Part shown: piece after piece, positions 1 to 13,165 of the stretch | Layout: every line of letters begins with the position of its first letter | How positions within the stretch are numbered: the stretch's first letter is position 1 | Source of the DNA: Gnetum montanum | Lineage: Eukaryota > Plantae > Gnetophyta | NCBI GenBank assembly: GCA_015680685.1 | Contig: MNCI01002124.1 | Coordinates: 1-59,868 of the forward strand | Reading direction: 5' to 3' | DNA length: 59,868 nucleotides | The notes under the pieces: generated by a model | What the model was told of the DNA's origin: nothing | Seen by the model: the letters and a program-made list of their open reading frames with translations, nothing else | Database searches by the model: none | Program-made: the position numbers and the translations under genes

Positions 1-880
1 GTAGGTGACAAGTGTCCCATGCAAATGACAAGTGGCCATTGTGGACATAAAGAGGCTATAGTTGACAAGTGGCCTTTTTAATGGTTACAAACATCATGGA
101 TTAAGGCTAGGAAGTTACAAATTCCACATAAAGTTACAATTATATAAATAAAAGCTATGGTTTGAAATGTCCATAAATCCCCCTTTTTATAGGATGTTAA
201 ACAAATATCCCATAACTTTCTTTTTCTTTTGAAATCTTAAAATATTTTATTTAAACCATATTTTAGTTAAATCATGGTAATAGAGATAGTAATTATAGTA
301 AATATATATCTATTGACCCCTAACTTGATAAAATTAAATATATATCTATGGACCATGTACGATCTTTATAATTGGTCAAAAAAAAACTGTTAACAATATT
401 AAACGCTTTGTGATGTGCTGTACAAGTTTACCCCCCTGCCACTATAAAACAAACGTGCTTGTCAGAGAAACATCTAGTTCAACATTTGATCTGCCCCCTT
501 CAATATCTCCCTCCTTTCTAGTCCTTGAGGATGAAGTTAAGATATTTAGTTCTTTCTTTCCGTTTTCATCATTTTCTTTTTTTTACATCATACTTGAATT
601 CACAGCTGCCACTGCTCCTTGAAGTTACACTTTTTCTGGATTCCCTGAAAGATGAAATTGGTCCTGAAACTATGCGAGAGGAGTCACCGATGGAAATTTT
701 CATGTCATCAGGATCTTACTTTATATCTTATTTTGTTTCGTGCATCTCCTGAAGACTGACAAGCTGGAAATAGGCACCTTTGGGAATTTCCATTAACTTT
801 TTCAACTATCAAATTGCAAAAATTTTTAACCAGTTTTATCATGCCAACCTGTTCCATGAAATGGCCAAAATGTGCCAACA
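1..880 (-). mobile_element. LTR of family D (copy D0), 5' tip at 880, running off the left edge
   Basis: The reverse complement of 848-880 (TGTTGGCACATTTTGGCCATTTCATGGAACAGG) matches the D2 LTR start at 53784 (TGTTGGCACATTTTAGCCATTTAATGGAGCAGG). The reverse complement of 1-100 matches the conserved U3 block at ~2363-2477; 1-20 vs 2458-2477 is a 19/20 match. Confidence 0.75.
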
Positions 881-2359
881 CTTTCCTTGCTTAGTTTCAG
901 TCAACCATTAGCATTTGGTGACAAAAAGCTCTTGTACAGTAGTTGTTGTAACAACAAATGTTATTGCATTTTTTTTATTTTTAATTATTTGAAGATTTTC
1001 TTATATACCAATAGTTGTGATATAGTGCAATTGTGGTATAGTGTAAGTATTTAATGTCATGTGGACTACGTTGGACTACGCTAATGCCTACACTGAACTA
1101 GCATAGGCATGCAATCCTTAGCATATTTGGGAATGGAAAATTATATTCCCATATGACTATGATCAGCTAGCGTGGCCATGCAATCCCTCAATGTAGTTAT
1201 TTCCCAAAAAAGTCTAAGCCATTTGTGGAATTAGTAAGTGTTGACATCGATTTGGAAACTCAAAAATATTTTTAGCAAGAATTTTTTGTTCTTTTATGTC
1301 TTTGTTTCCTTTGGTTTTTGGTATGGCATAGATAAGAGGCTGTAGCAACAATCTATATTGATGACTGCCTTTACCTCACATTCTAAAAATGCTCTGTCAT
1401 GAAAGTGCATCCATTTTGTACATAAAAAGAAACATTTTTAGCATTGTCACTGATAGGTTTCTACATGCATAAAATCCTATTCAAGAATCAAACAACTTGA
1501 TCAAATTGTTCTATGATCCAATATGTTTTCCTAAATGTATTCTTCTAGAGATGCACATGACTTTTGTGCATTAGCTCAGAATTAGCTGAATTTGTAAAAT
1601 TTGTTAAGCATAGTACTTTGATTTGTGTAGTTAATGAATTAGTGTAAAGAATTTCACAAGTCATAGTCTAAGGCATATTTTTATCATGATGGAATGTCTT
1701 TAACATTTTTTATTTATATTATCTCTTGATTCTTTCTACCCTTTAACTTGTAACACATCCATGATGGGCAGATGCATCTAGAGCAATAGATGTTAAAAAT
1801 GGTAAAACCATCCATTAGCTACAATATCAGCAATAATTAAAACCATTTTTTATCGTCAAACCTGTTTGTAATATTTCCCTTGCCAAACAATCATGAACTC
1901 GCTGAGCTTTTGTTTTCTGGAAACACTCATTGAAACATCAAGTGTTCTTGGTTAGAAATTTCCAAGAACTAACAGGTATAACATTATTGAATTATTTGTT
2001 TGAAGAACGGTTTCTACCTTAAAAAAGTAAACAGGTAATTGTCTTTGTTGTTGTAATGTGTAGGCCCTGGAGGAAGGTTTGCAAGGAAGATGTGAAATGT
2101 TTGCAAAAATATGTTGGGTTTAACTTTTCTTATTTTATTCAAGTAGGTGAGATCTTTATTTGATTGAAGATTGGAACTATATTATTATCAAAATCACTAT
2201 TGTGGCTTTCATTTTTATAAAAAGTCTATTAAGAAGTGAATGCATAAACCATTGTACTATAGTTCAAACACTAGATCGAGGATAGTTTCCAATAATATAT
2301 ATATTATGATTTTTAAAAAGGAAAATTTTTTGAAATAGTTGTTAATTATGGTAGTTATA

Positions 2360-3780
2360 ACTACCATGGTGGTTGTAATTACCAAACACTTGTCAACTAC
2401 AACCTTTTCATCTCTATGGTTGCCACTTCGCAATTGAATGAACCACTTGGCAACTAAATGGGACACTTGTCAACTACAACTTTTTTATCTCTATGGTGGT
2501 TATAACCACCCAAAATGTTTGTAACTTACCTAACTACCTATGAAACCCTATAAAAGGGCCTCAAGGGTAGGAAGGAAAAAGGGGGAAGGGGTACACACTT
2601 GGGGTTTCATACTTTGGGTCTTAGAGGAAGATTGTAAAGAAGAAATTGTGAAATATTGCTTGTAAGATGACTTACTAAAGAAAAAATTTCAGCCTCTTTG
2701 TTATAGTCCTATGAGTTATGTTTATCATTTTTTTAGTTTGTTTAAATTGTTTAGCTAGTGGTTTAGATAGTATCATGCTTGGCAAGTAATTTTGGGATTT
2801 TTAGACTGCTCTTATTGTTCTTGTTGCATGATAAAAATTTCTATTAAAATTTTTCCATAGAAGAGCTTGTGTTTGAAAGCCTTAAGAGCATTTTAGTAGT
2901 GAATTTTATTATTGTGCAATGTATAAGATCCGCTATTGAGATTGTTGTAAGAGAGCCTCTGCATTTTGTCAAGTTGTTGAACGATTCAATAGTCAAGAGG
3001 GTTCAGAAAATCTTTGGTATTTTGATAGGACCAGAATAGCTTCTTTTATCTTTAAAGTGACTCTCTATGGTATTTTAATCAAAAATTATCAAGTCTTTTG
3101 AAGGTTCTGTTGAATGCAATTCTTAACATCCATTATCTAGCCAAAATAGAGTCTCGTACATGATAGTTTACGCAGCAATATTTTGGGTAGCATAGTAGGA
3201 TTGTCTTGAAGAATTTGCTTATTTGAGCCTTGAAATTTTGAACAATTCGCAATTATTGAATTTGGGATAGCTTTATTGCAAAGTGTTTACTCGTATCATT
3301 TTACCTTGTTTAGACATTTGAAATCTTTACACAAATTTGCTTTCTTTTTCTCTTCTTACTATTTCCATTGAATCTTGCTCTATTTCTAGTTTTCTTGTGG
3401 AACTATCTATTTCTCTGGGGAAAATTAGAAGTAGATTCGCAAAGTTGTGCTTAAATGTTTTTGCAAAAATTTATTTGTTACAAGTAGGTATTATAAGGAC
3501 TGAATAGACTAGGCAACTGAACAAAATAAGAACTTTCAACAACTCACATTACTTTGCAAAGTTGGCTGAATCTCTTTAAGATAAGTCATTTATAGTTTTA
3601 CACACAACCCGATCATTTCATTTTTCACAACAGCACATCTTAACAGCACACACACATACTCACATTAACTACTGAGTCTATTTGGAGGTATCTAGGCCTT
3701 GGTGTTGCCAAAGACCAGCAAGCACCTAAATCCAGTTCGAGGACACTCGTTGGCAGTCATGTCCCAAACGGTTTCCAATA
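2360..3780 (+). mobile_element. LTR of family D (copy D1), conserved U3-R-U5 part; 3' or solo LTR inserted in ORF1 of element A
   Basis: Colinear with ~55495-56925 over ~1.3 kb. It ends CCCAAACGGTTTCCAATA vs CCCAAACGGTCGCCAACA in D2 and is not followed by a PBS. 881-2360 is probably its variable U3. Confidence 0.85.
2549..2555 (+). promoter_or_regulatory. TATA box of the D1 LTR
   Basis: CCCTATAAAAGGG, homologous to CCCTATAAAAAGG at ~55683 in D2. Confidence 0.6.
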
Positions 3781-5273
3781 GTTGCATATGTCATGTTAGA
3801 ATTCAATGTAGAGGATAATTAGAGATCCACAAGAGAACCATTTTTTATTTGTATACCCTCTTATGGTGAAAAGGATTCTTTAGCTTCTACTCACTCAATA
3901 TTCCCTTTTATCATGAGTGTACCATCACGAGTGCCTCCAAAGAAACCTTTTATCATTGGGGTACCCTTGTCCACCATGGGCCAACTAGCCACAACCTCAC
4001 CAATTGATATAACCACCCAATGACCTCTTATGGTGGCCAATGCTATTGCATCTTCCTCACAACTAACAACTAACAAACAAAAAGCTTCAAATAGTCAAAT
4101 AAAATGTCCAACAATAAAGGTAACAAGTAGCTGGAGGAACAGAAGGAAGTGGGCTCACCAAAACCCACCCCCATATTGGCTATACCCATGAACTTCTTTT
4201 GCCCAACCCACTTCAACCAACAAACTAGATGAGGATCCCAAAGCTCATTTCTAGATGAATAGAAGAAGCCCCAACAATCACAACCTAAGATCAAAGTTTG
4301 CATTTTGGGGCACATGGAGGAAGTAAAGTAAAATTGGGGTGACAAGACCACAACCAATGAGAAAACCTTCCTCAATGTGATAGATTAGGTTAGACAATCT
4401 CTTAAGCAAAAGAAAACTACTATAAGTTTGTATGACCTAATCATGAGCTCTACCACATATGATTAGGTGTTAGTAAAAAAGTTGACTTCTATCCTTGTTA
4501 GTGAGGATATTTCCATTAACGAGGCATCCATCCATGCAGTGATGGTTTCCCCCACACCCAAGGAGGAGAGGTTAACATTACTAATATTTCATGATAGGGA
4601 AATTAAGGTTAATCCCTATAAGGTTGAAATTTCTAGGACTCCTATTCATAACCCTATGCATAAGGTAGTTTAAGGTGCATCAGGTGCATGTAGATGATGG
4701 TGTGACTACTAATGTTATCCCATGCATATTTTTTGAGCAATTATAATTGACAGAGAAAATACACCATGCATCAAAAACCTCTCTCAAGTATTTCAATGGA
4801 TTAAGGGTTGCTATCAAGGGGTCCATCTCCTTACATTTTGTGGTAGGGGAGTAATTACCCATGACTATGAATTTCTTGATGATGGAGGAGACACATGGGT
4901 TTAACCTTATCCTAGGAAGATCTTGGTTGGCTTAGTTATGAGTTGTGTCCTCTTCCATCAACTAAGAGATTAACCTTCCTTATGATGGAGGTGAAATCAT
5001 CATTCATGATGATAATGTAGTACCCTTGGCTATTAACAACATGGACATAGAGCATGGGTTGAAGTTGAATTTCAAGAAGCACTCAATCATGAAATCCAAC
5101 AACATGAGAGAGAGAAAAAAGACAATAAAGACAATGATGTAAAGTAAGATGCATCATGAGATGAATTCCCATTTAACACTATTAACAAGGATGATGGAGG
5201 ATACAAAATTGTGCAGAGTAGACCTTACTCATTCCCTAATCTTTTGAAGATTAGAAAAATTCTATACAAGTGA
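3781..5273 (+). pseudogene. ORF1 remnant of A: Gag C-terminal-like segment plus aspartic protease
   Basis: Translates to ...QSLKQKKTTISLYDLI..., ...VHVDDGVTTNVIP..., ...FNGLRVAIKGSISL..., ...FNLILGRSWL (Tat/Ogre-type protease) and ends ...KIRKILYK-TGA at 5271-5273. Contains stops and frameshifts. Confidence 0.8.
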
Positions 5274-5574
5274 AGTACCCCTTCATCCTTCCACCTCATG
5301 TCCTTATAACCATATAGTCAATAGCCATTAGCTTAGCTTTTCTTTCCTAACTTGTTATAATTGTTTGTGTATTTTATTTTACTCTTCATGGATGTAACCT
5401 AGTTTTCTACCTCCATTTGTATTTTACTTATTATTACAACCTTTCTTTTATGTTACTTTTATGCATGATGAAAAAAAGAAAAAAATTCATTATAAAAGAT
5501 CTTAAAGCTAGAAAAAGCCATAAAATATTTTTTTAAAAAATTATTACCAAAAAATATAAGACTCCAAGCATCCA

Positions 5575-5800
5575 TCATGGCCTAAAACTAGCAAACCCAT
5601 GGCCTACTAAGGTCTTAAACTAGCATTGTGGCCTACTGAGATATTAAACCGACATCACAACCTATTGAGGCCTTAAATTGACATTGGCATCATAGTCCAC
5701 TAGGACTTTTAACTGGCATTATTAAGACTTTAAACTAGTGTTTGAGTCTTCTAAGACTCTAAAATGGCATTATGGCTTACCATGACCTTAAACTGGTGAT
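5575..5800 (+). repeat. 29-bp tandem repeat (~7-8 degenerate copies) after ORF1 of A
   Basis: Unit resembles GGCCTACTAAGGTCTTAAACTAGCATTGT. Confidence 0.85.
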
Positions 5801-6157
5801 AAATGTAGTCTACCATAGTTTCCTTTTTCAAAAAATGAAAATTAACCCTTGTTTATTCATAATATTATAATTCTCAACATAGCTAACATATCCATATTTT
5901 GCATTGATATTTTTAACACTTGTAACCTTATAACCTTAAAATAGTAAAGTAATCAATAGCATATATAGCCAAAACTAAAATTGAAACTTAAAATTTAAAA
6001 CATATTAAAATAAAATAATATAGCCATGGCCACATTGTGGGGCATAAATGTTAAAACTATCAATAATAAATGATAAAATGTCTACAGCTTAAGAATTGGC
6101 CAGTATAAGCCATACAATGTCAAGCATAAAATGAAATAAATAATAAAGACTATCACA

Positions 6158-9100
6158 TCATGCATTTGATGGTGCCATGGTGGAATCTAGAGGAGTAGTA
6201 GGTGTTGCATCATCATCACTTGCACCACTAGGGCCACCAACATCATAAAATGTCCATGACATAGCAACACACAACTAGTTAGTAATTATCATAACCAAAA
6301 TCATAACATAAACCATGCAAAACAAAAAAATAAAACTTAAAAAAATGCAAAACATAAAATCCATCACACCTATGGATAATTTAACTCTATGAATTCTTGT
6401 GGAAGATGGTAAATGTTGGTCTCCAAACATTGAATAAGTTGGTCTTTTTTCATGTTTTCCTAGTTAGTGTCTCCTAAATTAATATCCATGAGGATGTTGG
6501 TTCTGTCCAAACCCATTCATGATGGTGGCTCTCGTGAGATTGTAACTGTAGTGACCTCATCTATAGCCATGGTAATCTATGGAGTAGGAGACACAACCAC
6601 TGTTAGAGCACTTTGAAAGAGATTGAAAGCACACTCAGCCTAAATGCTTAAAATGAACATCTCTCTCTTTTGTCATTCAATTGTCTCCTTCTTCAGCCAT
6701 TTCAAATAAGAATCCTGATTGACCTTGCACTTTTGGTTCCTTTGTAACTTACCCCACTCCAAGACCCAAGCATTGTAATATTTCCAGTCTTGTGGCTTTT
6801 AAGAGATCAAGTCCATCTACATTTGTTGCTCATGCAACTCTTGGGAGAGAGAAATCTTATCATGAATAATGCAACAGTAGCTAGCCCATGTGATCTCTTT
6901 GGCCTATAAGGCCCCCAAGTTCTTGAATTGGGAATCCACAAAGGCCTTACACTCCTCAAGATCCTAGATCCTATAAACTTACCTTTTATTTTTCTCTTTT
7001 AAGACCATAACTTCTTCCCATAAGGATTCATTAGACCTTTGAATCTGCCATGAAGATTTAGCATAGGAAACTACTAGATCAATGGCAGTTTCATAAAGCT
7101 TCAACAAGATGTGTGTGGTCTTAGGAGGGAGCTCAGGCAAGGAGTCAAGCTTCATGTCTTGGGAAAAATCCTGTGTGACCAATGGCACTAAAAATACCAA
7201 AAATAATAATCATAAACTTAATATAAAATATAGCTATAGCATAGAATACATCTCATATCAAGATGAATAAGGCATAGAAAAACATGATTCATACCAATTT
7301 CAAGTGTAGCCTATGGAAACCAACCAATGATGTTCTTTTCCATCCCATGCATTAATTCTATCTTGTCTAGGACCTCTATCCATAGTTTAAGTCAAAACTT
7401 AGGTACAAGGACCTCTACTACTAGCTTAGGAACTATGATAAGCATGACAATTATTTGATATGTAGGAACTCTAGAACCAAACATAAAACTATAGGTAATA
7501 GCAAATAGAGTATAATTATACCTATGCTCTCCTCCAAATTCTCATGTTCATGTTCATCTTCATCAAAGATTTCACTAAAAGACTCCCTAGGCAGTGACTT
7601 ACCAAACAAGGCATCAAGATCATCCATATCTTATTGCAAGAGTACCTCTTATTTACACCTTTGATCTTCCTCTTCCATAGCTACACACTTCTACTCCTCC
7701 TCCTCAGCATGTCTATGTGCCTCCTCTACTTTCCTTTATTCTTCTTCTACAATGATAACTTGGGATACTAGGTTCTATCATTGATCTATAGCCATAAACT
7801 ATTAGATAGGTTAGCATGAAAAGCCATAGAACAAAACATAGCCAAAGTAAAAAACATAGTTGAAGTGTACCTATGAATGCATAGTCCATAGTGTGAGATC
7901 TTGAAGATAATATTTTGCTTGAAGGGTGGCTTTTCTACTAGTGGTGCTTCCTTTGTAGGCCTTTTCAAAGTAGCCTTTGCTACTCCAGTAGCTTTAGCAT
8001 GTAATCGTTGGGTGCTCTTGATGTTTTCTGGAAACATAAGAGGTGCCTCCCCCATGCTATTAGGGGATTCACACCTACTAACATCAAGGTTCTTAGTAGC
8101 ACAGATAGTGAATCTCCTACATCCTCTAGTGGGTTCTAAGCCTTCATGGCTAGATAAAGATGCTTTACCCAAGGCTTATAGAGCTATTCTACATCCTAGT
8201 GCATCCATGATCTATTACCTCTTCACCCCAAAAAATTCTACAAACCTCTTTAGGTAGCCTAAAGAAAATTCATGGTTCATGTGGACTATCATGTAAGAAT
8301 ATACATGAATTTTAAAGATTTCCTCTTTGAGGCTTGTGGCCAAGAATATAATCTAGTTAAAATAAGTTCTCTCCATCAGAACTTTCTTGAAGGTCCATCC
8401 TTGTGCAATGCCAATCACCTTCTTTTTTGAAAAAAAATTTAGAAAATTCCCAAGGTCTAAAAAATAGATAAGACCCCTTTATGATGGAGTTCATAAAGCT
8501 ACCACAAGAGAGGTTAGAGTGGCACTTGGTAGCATCAAGCTATTTCTCAACTTTTGCATGGAGATTGGTCTCTTTCATTTGTTTGATGGCAACTATTATC
8601 GCATTAGTAGGAATACCAAACAAGTCATGGAAGGTAGTTGCACTAATGGAAATAATAATAGATATGCCTTGTACTATGGTGTAGAATACATCAACATTTT
8701 CATCAAAAGAGTCGATGATGTTCAATATTTCTATAGAAGGGATGATAGGATTAGGTGCCATAAAGATCTCAGGAAAACCTACATGAGCAATGTTTTTCTA
8801 GATGTCTATAGATGCCTTCTCCCTTATTCACACCTATGTTGGTCCGATCTCATCAAACATTAGGATGAGATTTTCCATAGAACTTCTTGTAAGGGGTATA
8901 ATAATATCTACTTGAGTGGATGGCCTTGTAAGCAAAGAAAAGTGCTTGGCATCCATACAACTACGTTTAGGCCATAGGAAACTTAAATCATAAATAACCA
9001 TAAAAACTTTAACATAACAACATATCTTTTTTCTCACTTTTGTTCTTCTTTCTTGAAGAAGATCATGTGGGGATTCTAGTAGTAATACACATATCTCTAA

Positions 9101-9310
9101 TATTCTTGGGAACTATCCACCAACTGTGTGCTATTTTGGTAGCCACACACCTCTTATAAACAAGGTTAAATCTAGTTGGGTATTTATCAAACTTTCCATT
9201 TAATTGTTCAAAAATGACATGTATAATCTTGGGGCCCTTTCTGAATTCATTCAATGCAATATGAGCTACTGCTAATGTTTGATCATACTTGATCAAACCT
9301 TGATCATTAA
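6158..9310 (-). pseudogene. Antisense multi-exon accessory gene of A, 3' part
   Basis: Peptides such as DSLPELPP...LYETAIDL...RSNESL and IIDSFDE...DLFGIP are homologous to copies B and C. GT-AG introns lie at 7188-7294, 7433-7521 and 7786-7870, with a further donor at 6369. Stop at 6158-6160. Confidence 0.8.
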
Positions 9311-9387
9311 CTATATTTGCAAGATATGTGTGAAACCAAGAAGTTAGGAAAAGAGAGTAAATTAGATAAATCCAAAATCTTAAAACC

Positions 9388-9560
9388 TATAATATAATTT
9401 TTCAATTTTCCTTGCTTAATTCTTCAGTACCAATTATTTATTTTCCAATTAATTCATTATTTAAGTATTTATAATATTTTAAATATATTGTCCATAAAAA
9501 TGGTGAATGTAATAAATTAAATGTTCATATTTTTATAACATCTGAGAATGGGATGTCACA
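9388..9560 (+). repeat. 5' LTR of E, truncated to its last ~170 bp
   Basis: Matches ~18175-18345. Upstream sequence is intron of the A accessory gene rather than LTR. Confidence 0.85.
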
Positions 9561-9562
9561 TT

Positions 9563-9573
9563 TGGTATTAGAG
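9563..9573 (+). promoter_or_regulatory. Primer binding site of E (initiator tRNA-Met)
   Basis: TGGTATTAGAG two bases after the LTR-terminal CA; the canonical form is TGGTATCAGAG. Confidence 0.85.
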
Positions 9574-9753
9574 TAAACATGATTCAAGAACCCAAGTGGA
9601 AGAGAAACCTTATTTTATTGTTATCATATAACACAAGTACATTTGGGAAAAATAACAATATGGAGGAAAATATTATTTTATTTTATTATTTTATAATCAA
9701 GAGGAGTGATAATAGGGTAAAGAAGTACACTAAAAAATAAAAGGCAACTATAA

Positions 9754-10790
9754 TTATTTGTTATGGCCAAATGATTCAAGAAGATCTATAACTATCTTCA
9801 ATTGGGATTGCCTTTCTTTAGTAGTAGCATCTACTTTGCTAAGAACTACTTTACATCCAACCAATCCATCACATAACTATTTAATATATTTGATCACACG
9901 TCTTACTGCAGCTACTGATTCCTCTTTTCTTTGAAGTTAAGTCTTCAACATATCCATCTTTATTGATCAATCATCCATGTCCTTTTGACATTCCTTCTCC
10001 TTTCTCTATAGCAAGAAAATTTAAATTATGAGTTATGAAAAAATCAACAAATAAAAAAAAAGAAGAGAGAAAAGTAAGAAAAAAATATATTACTTGAAAT
10101 TAATCATTATTAATTTGAAGGAAATGTGCATGAGTATCTAGATGGTGAGCATAACATGTTGCACTTTCCAACTCTCCTAAGAGTTGCTCTAGATTTTTTA
10201 CAGCATCTAGATCATCCTTAAGAATTGGATGCTAATATTATGGAAGTTTAACTTTTACTAAATCATAATCTATCTTGAAATTTCATGATTGTGACTCTCG
10301 TAGATGATAGAAATCCTCATGAATAGAATAGGATATGTTGTTAGAGATTTTTTGATTAATAGATAGAAGAAGCACAAGGTCTTATTCAGTAGCTACCACT
10401 ATCTTTTCCATAGAATAAGAACCGAAGATAGAAAAAGAAGAAACCACTAGAATAGATTCAAAAATTGGTATTGGCGCTACTTATGAAAGGGAACCTCTTC
10501 TAGGTGTTGAAGGAAGAGATAGTATGAGTGGTGATCTAGGTGGTGGTGGAATAGGACTCTATGTAGAAGTAGCACTTGCATTAGCTCTATCCATCTCCCA
10601 AATAACATATTATCAGTCCATAGACCTTTACAATAGAAACAAAAAGCAAATTGACCTTTCTTGGCATCCATAATCTTGCTCCTTATAACCCTCTCATCTT
10701 CAAGAAATTCAGGGCACAACTGAGGATTGTAATGAGTAAAATGTTTCTTAGAATGATCATAATTTAGGATCATACAAATGATCAAAGGTA
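9754..10790 (-). pseudogene. Spliced antisense ORF in the 5' leader of E (Pro/Ser-rich then coiled-coil-like; function unknown)
   Basis: ORF 10477-10785 continues with a frameshift into SPIPPPPRSP... and DDLDAVKNLEQLLGELE.... A phase-0 GT-AG intron at 10006-10093 joins it in frame to RKEKECQKDM...LLESFGHNK-stop (9754). Confidence 0.55.
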
Positions 10791-11989
10791 CACAATATAG
10801 AGTATAGGATTTTGAATGATTTTATTAGGCAATAGTAGTTTTAATCATAGTAGTATACCAAGCTAAAAAAAAAGACATCAACCAATCATAAACCTTATCA
10901 ACTATGGCACCATAAAATATGAAAATAGAATAAGAACTAACATGGGATTATTGTCTATACCATAGGACCTTGCTACTATTGAATAGAAATAAGTCAAAGT
11001 GAGCATCGTTAATGAAATTTTTTCAAAAAAATTAGTTTTTGTGAACAATTGAATTAATAACATAATTGGATAATTTCATCTTATAACAAGATTTAAATTT
11101 TGGAGAATAAGTTGAAGGAATTAAAGGATCCTCTCCTTGCTAAAAGCCTAAGACTACTTTAATATCAAAAGAAAGGATTGTTACCACTCAAAAAACTAAT
11201 TGAAAAATAATATTTTTCTTATTATCATGCTACTCAAACTACTTCGAAAGAATACCCTTGCATTGGAAAAGTTTAAAAATTAGAAAAACTTGTAAAGCAA
11301 CTAACCTAGAAGTGATAAGAAATTGAAAACCATCCATCTTAAGCAAGCTATGAACCTAATCAGAAGTAGTAAGGACATTATTTTGATGTAAAAAATTATC
11401 ATGCAATAAAGAGCCACTACTTGAAGAGGCCTAAGGTAAAGCTTGAAATTTAGGAGTCATGAATTCCTTATAATAGAAAATATTTAAGCTTCTTTGTTGA
11501 AAATATTTTGCTAGTATTAAGCTATGATGACTAAATAATCCTCCTTCTTATATTTATAATATAATCATAGAAGTCTTAGTAAAAGAAAAGAGAAAGTGTA
11601 ACTTAAGATAACAAAATATTTAATAAAAGTTAATGTATACTATTTTTAAAAGAGAAAGCTAATGTTTACTTTTTGTTTTAAGAGAAAATGTTTACTTTTC
11701 TAGATTTTATGATTTTTAAGTTCACTAAAATAGAGTTATATGTAGTTTAATGTGAAGTGCTCTTCAAGGTAATTTCAGTGGTACCAATTTCATCAAATTC
11801 CAACTTACGGTTTGGAAGATATGGTCATTCTTAGTTTACATGTAGATTAAAATTTAAAAATTAAAAAAATAATAATATAAAAATGATTTTTTAAAAAATA
11901 ATTTTAAAAAATTTTTAAACAAGGGATCTTAGGTTCAAACTTGGGTTCGAAATTATTAAATATATATATATTTTAGAAAATTAGGACCT

Positions 11990-12570
11990 ATGGCCAACCA
12001 CATCTAGCCATGGCCAATCATGGCAAGGCCATGACTAGTTGCAACTTGTCATGGCAAGGCTATGGCTAGGCCATAGCCAATCATAGAAGGACTATAGCTA
12101 TAAGTTTGGCCCTTAGGGCTAGCCCAAAATATTGGCAGAAGAATTTGTACTTGTGTCACTACAATTTTTTCCCTGCATCCATCACCACCCACATGCTCCA
12201 CCAAGTCACTTGTACCACTATTGTCCCCCATCACTATAATCTCTTATGCCCCTATTTCCACTACACAACTTACCACCCTACACTATGCAACACTGCCATC
12301 ACCTGAAACTACACCTCACTTGCAACTATGGATGCCATCACTACCTTCTTTCCACTGCCCATTATTTCCTTCTACACCATCCATCACTACCTCCCAAGCC
12401 ATCCATCACTACCTTCTGCACTACCCATCACTACCTATCATGCCATCTATCATTGCCTCCCATGTTTTCTATCACTACCTCCCACACCACCCATCATTGT
12501 CTCCCATGTTGTCCATCACTGTCTTTTGTGTTATCCATCACCACATTCTATGCCATTCATCATTGCCTTC
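11990..12570 (+). repeat. Degenerate short tandem repeats in the E leader (~10-bp CATGGC units, then ~20-bp CCATCCATCACTACCTCCCA-like units)
   Basis: Visible periodic C-rich tract; it explains the cluster of overlapping His/Pro-rich ORFs. Confidence 0.7.
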
Positions 12571-13165
12571 TGGTCACTGCACAAAGCTTGGAATGGGTCA
12601 TCCATGAATTAATGGAAAAATTAAATTTTTTCTAATAATTGATGGGAATTTTTAAATTCCCATAAATTGATGAAGATTTTTCAAAAAATAAAAATTTGCA
12701 CTTGTCAATGTTAGTTTAAATAGAATATGTGCTCAATTATTTACAAAAATTCAAATTGGCATTATGGTAGTAATAGAAATAGAAATTTTGTCATTAAGCA
12801 CACATGTCCTAGAGTAGAACTAGGATGCATGACCTCTTAGGAAGTATTAAAAAATGTGAAAATTGAGAAAACATAAAATGGCTATAACTTTTGAATTCGG
12901 AGTCCATTTTCAATCAAACAAAAAATGATTTCAATAGATTTAAACCTTTTAGACTCAATGGAATGGTCAAATTTAGCTTTTGGATTATAGAAAATTAGCT
13001 TTTAATTCATTGATTTAGATCCCAAAAATAATTAGGTTTCAGTACTCTGTGAGAAATCCATAACAGTTTCAACTTTTTCCCCAACTGACTATGTGATTTC
13101 AAATCCAATAAAAAGGACCATAAAAGCTAAGGATTCTCAACATACCTAATTTCTTCAACTTACCA

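Noticed and set aside
1-2477. Pack-MULE-like element with TIRs at 1-100 and 2363-2477
   Set aside because: The inverted match is better explained by two oppositely oriented D-family LTRs; the LTR tip at 880 supports this.
5575-5800. 29-bp repeats as CRISPR repeats
   Set aside because: Units are head-to-tail without spacers and are degenerate.
7901-8863. Plus-strand ORFs 7901-8257 and 8519-8863 as genes
   Set aside because: Shadow frames of the minus-strand accessory gene, not conserved in B or C.
12106-12635. His/Pro-rich proteins from overlapping ORFs
   Set aside because: Artefacts of a C-rich tandem repeat that is open in several frames. The same applies to 49985-50281.
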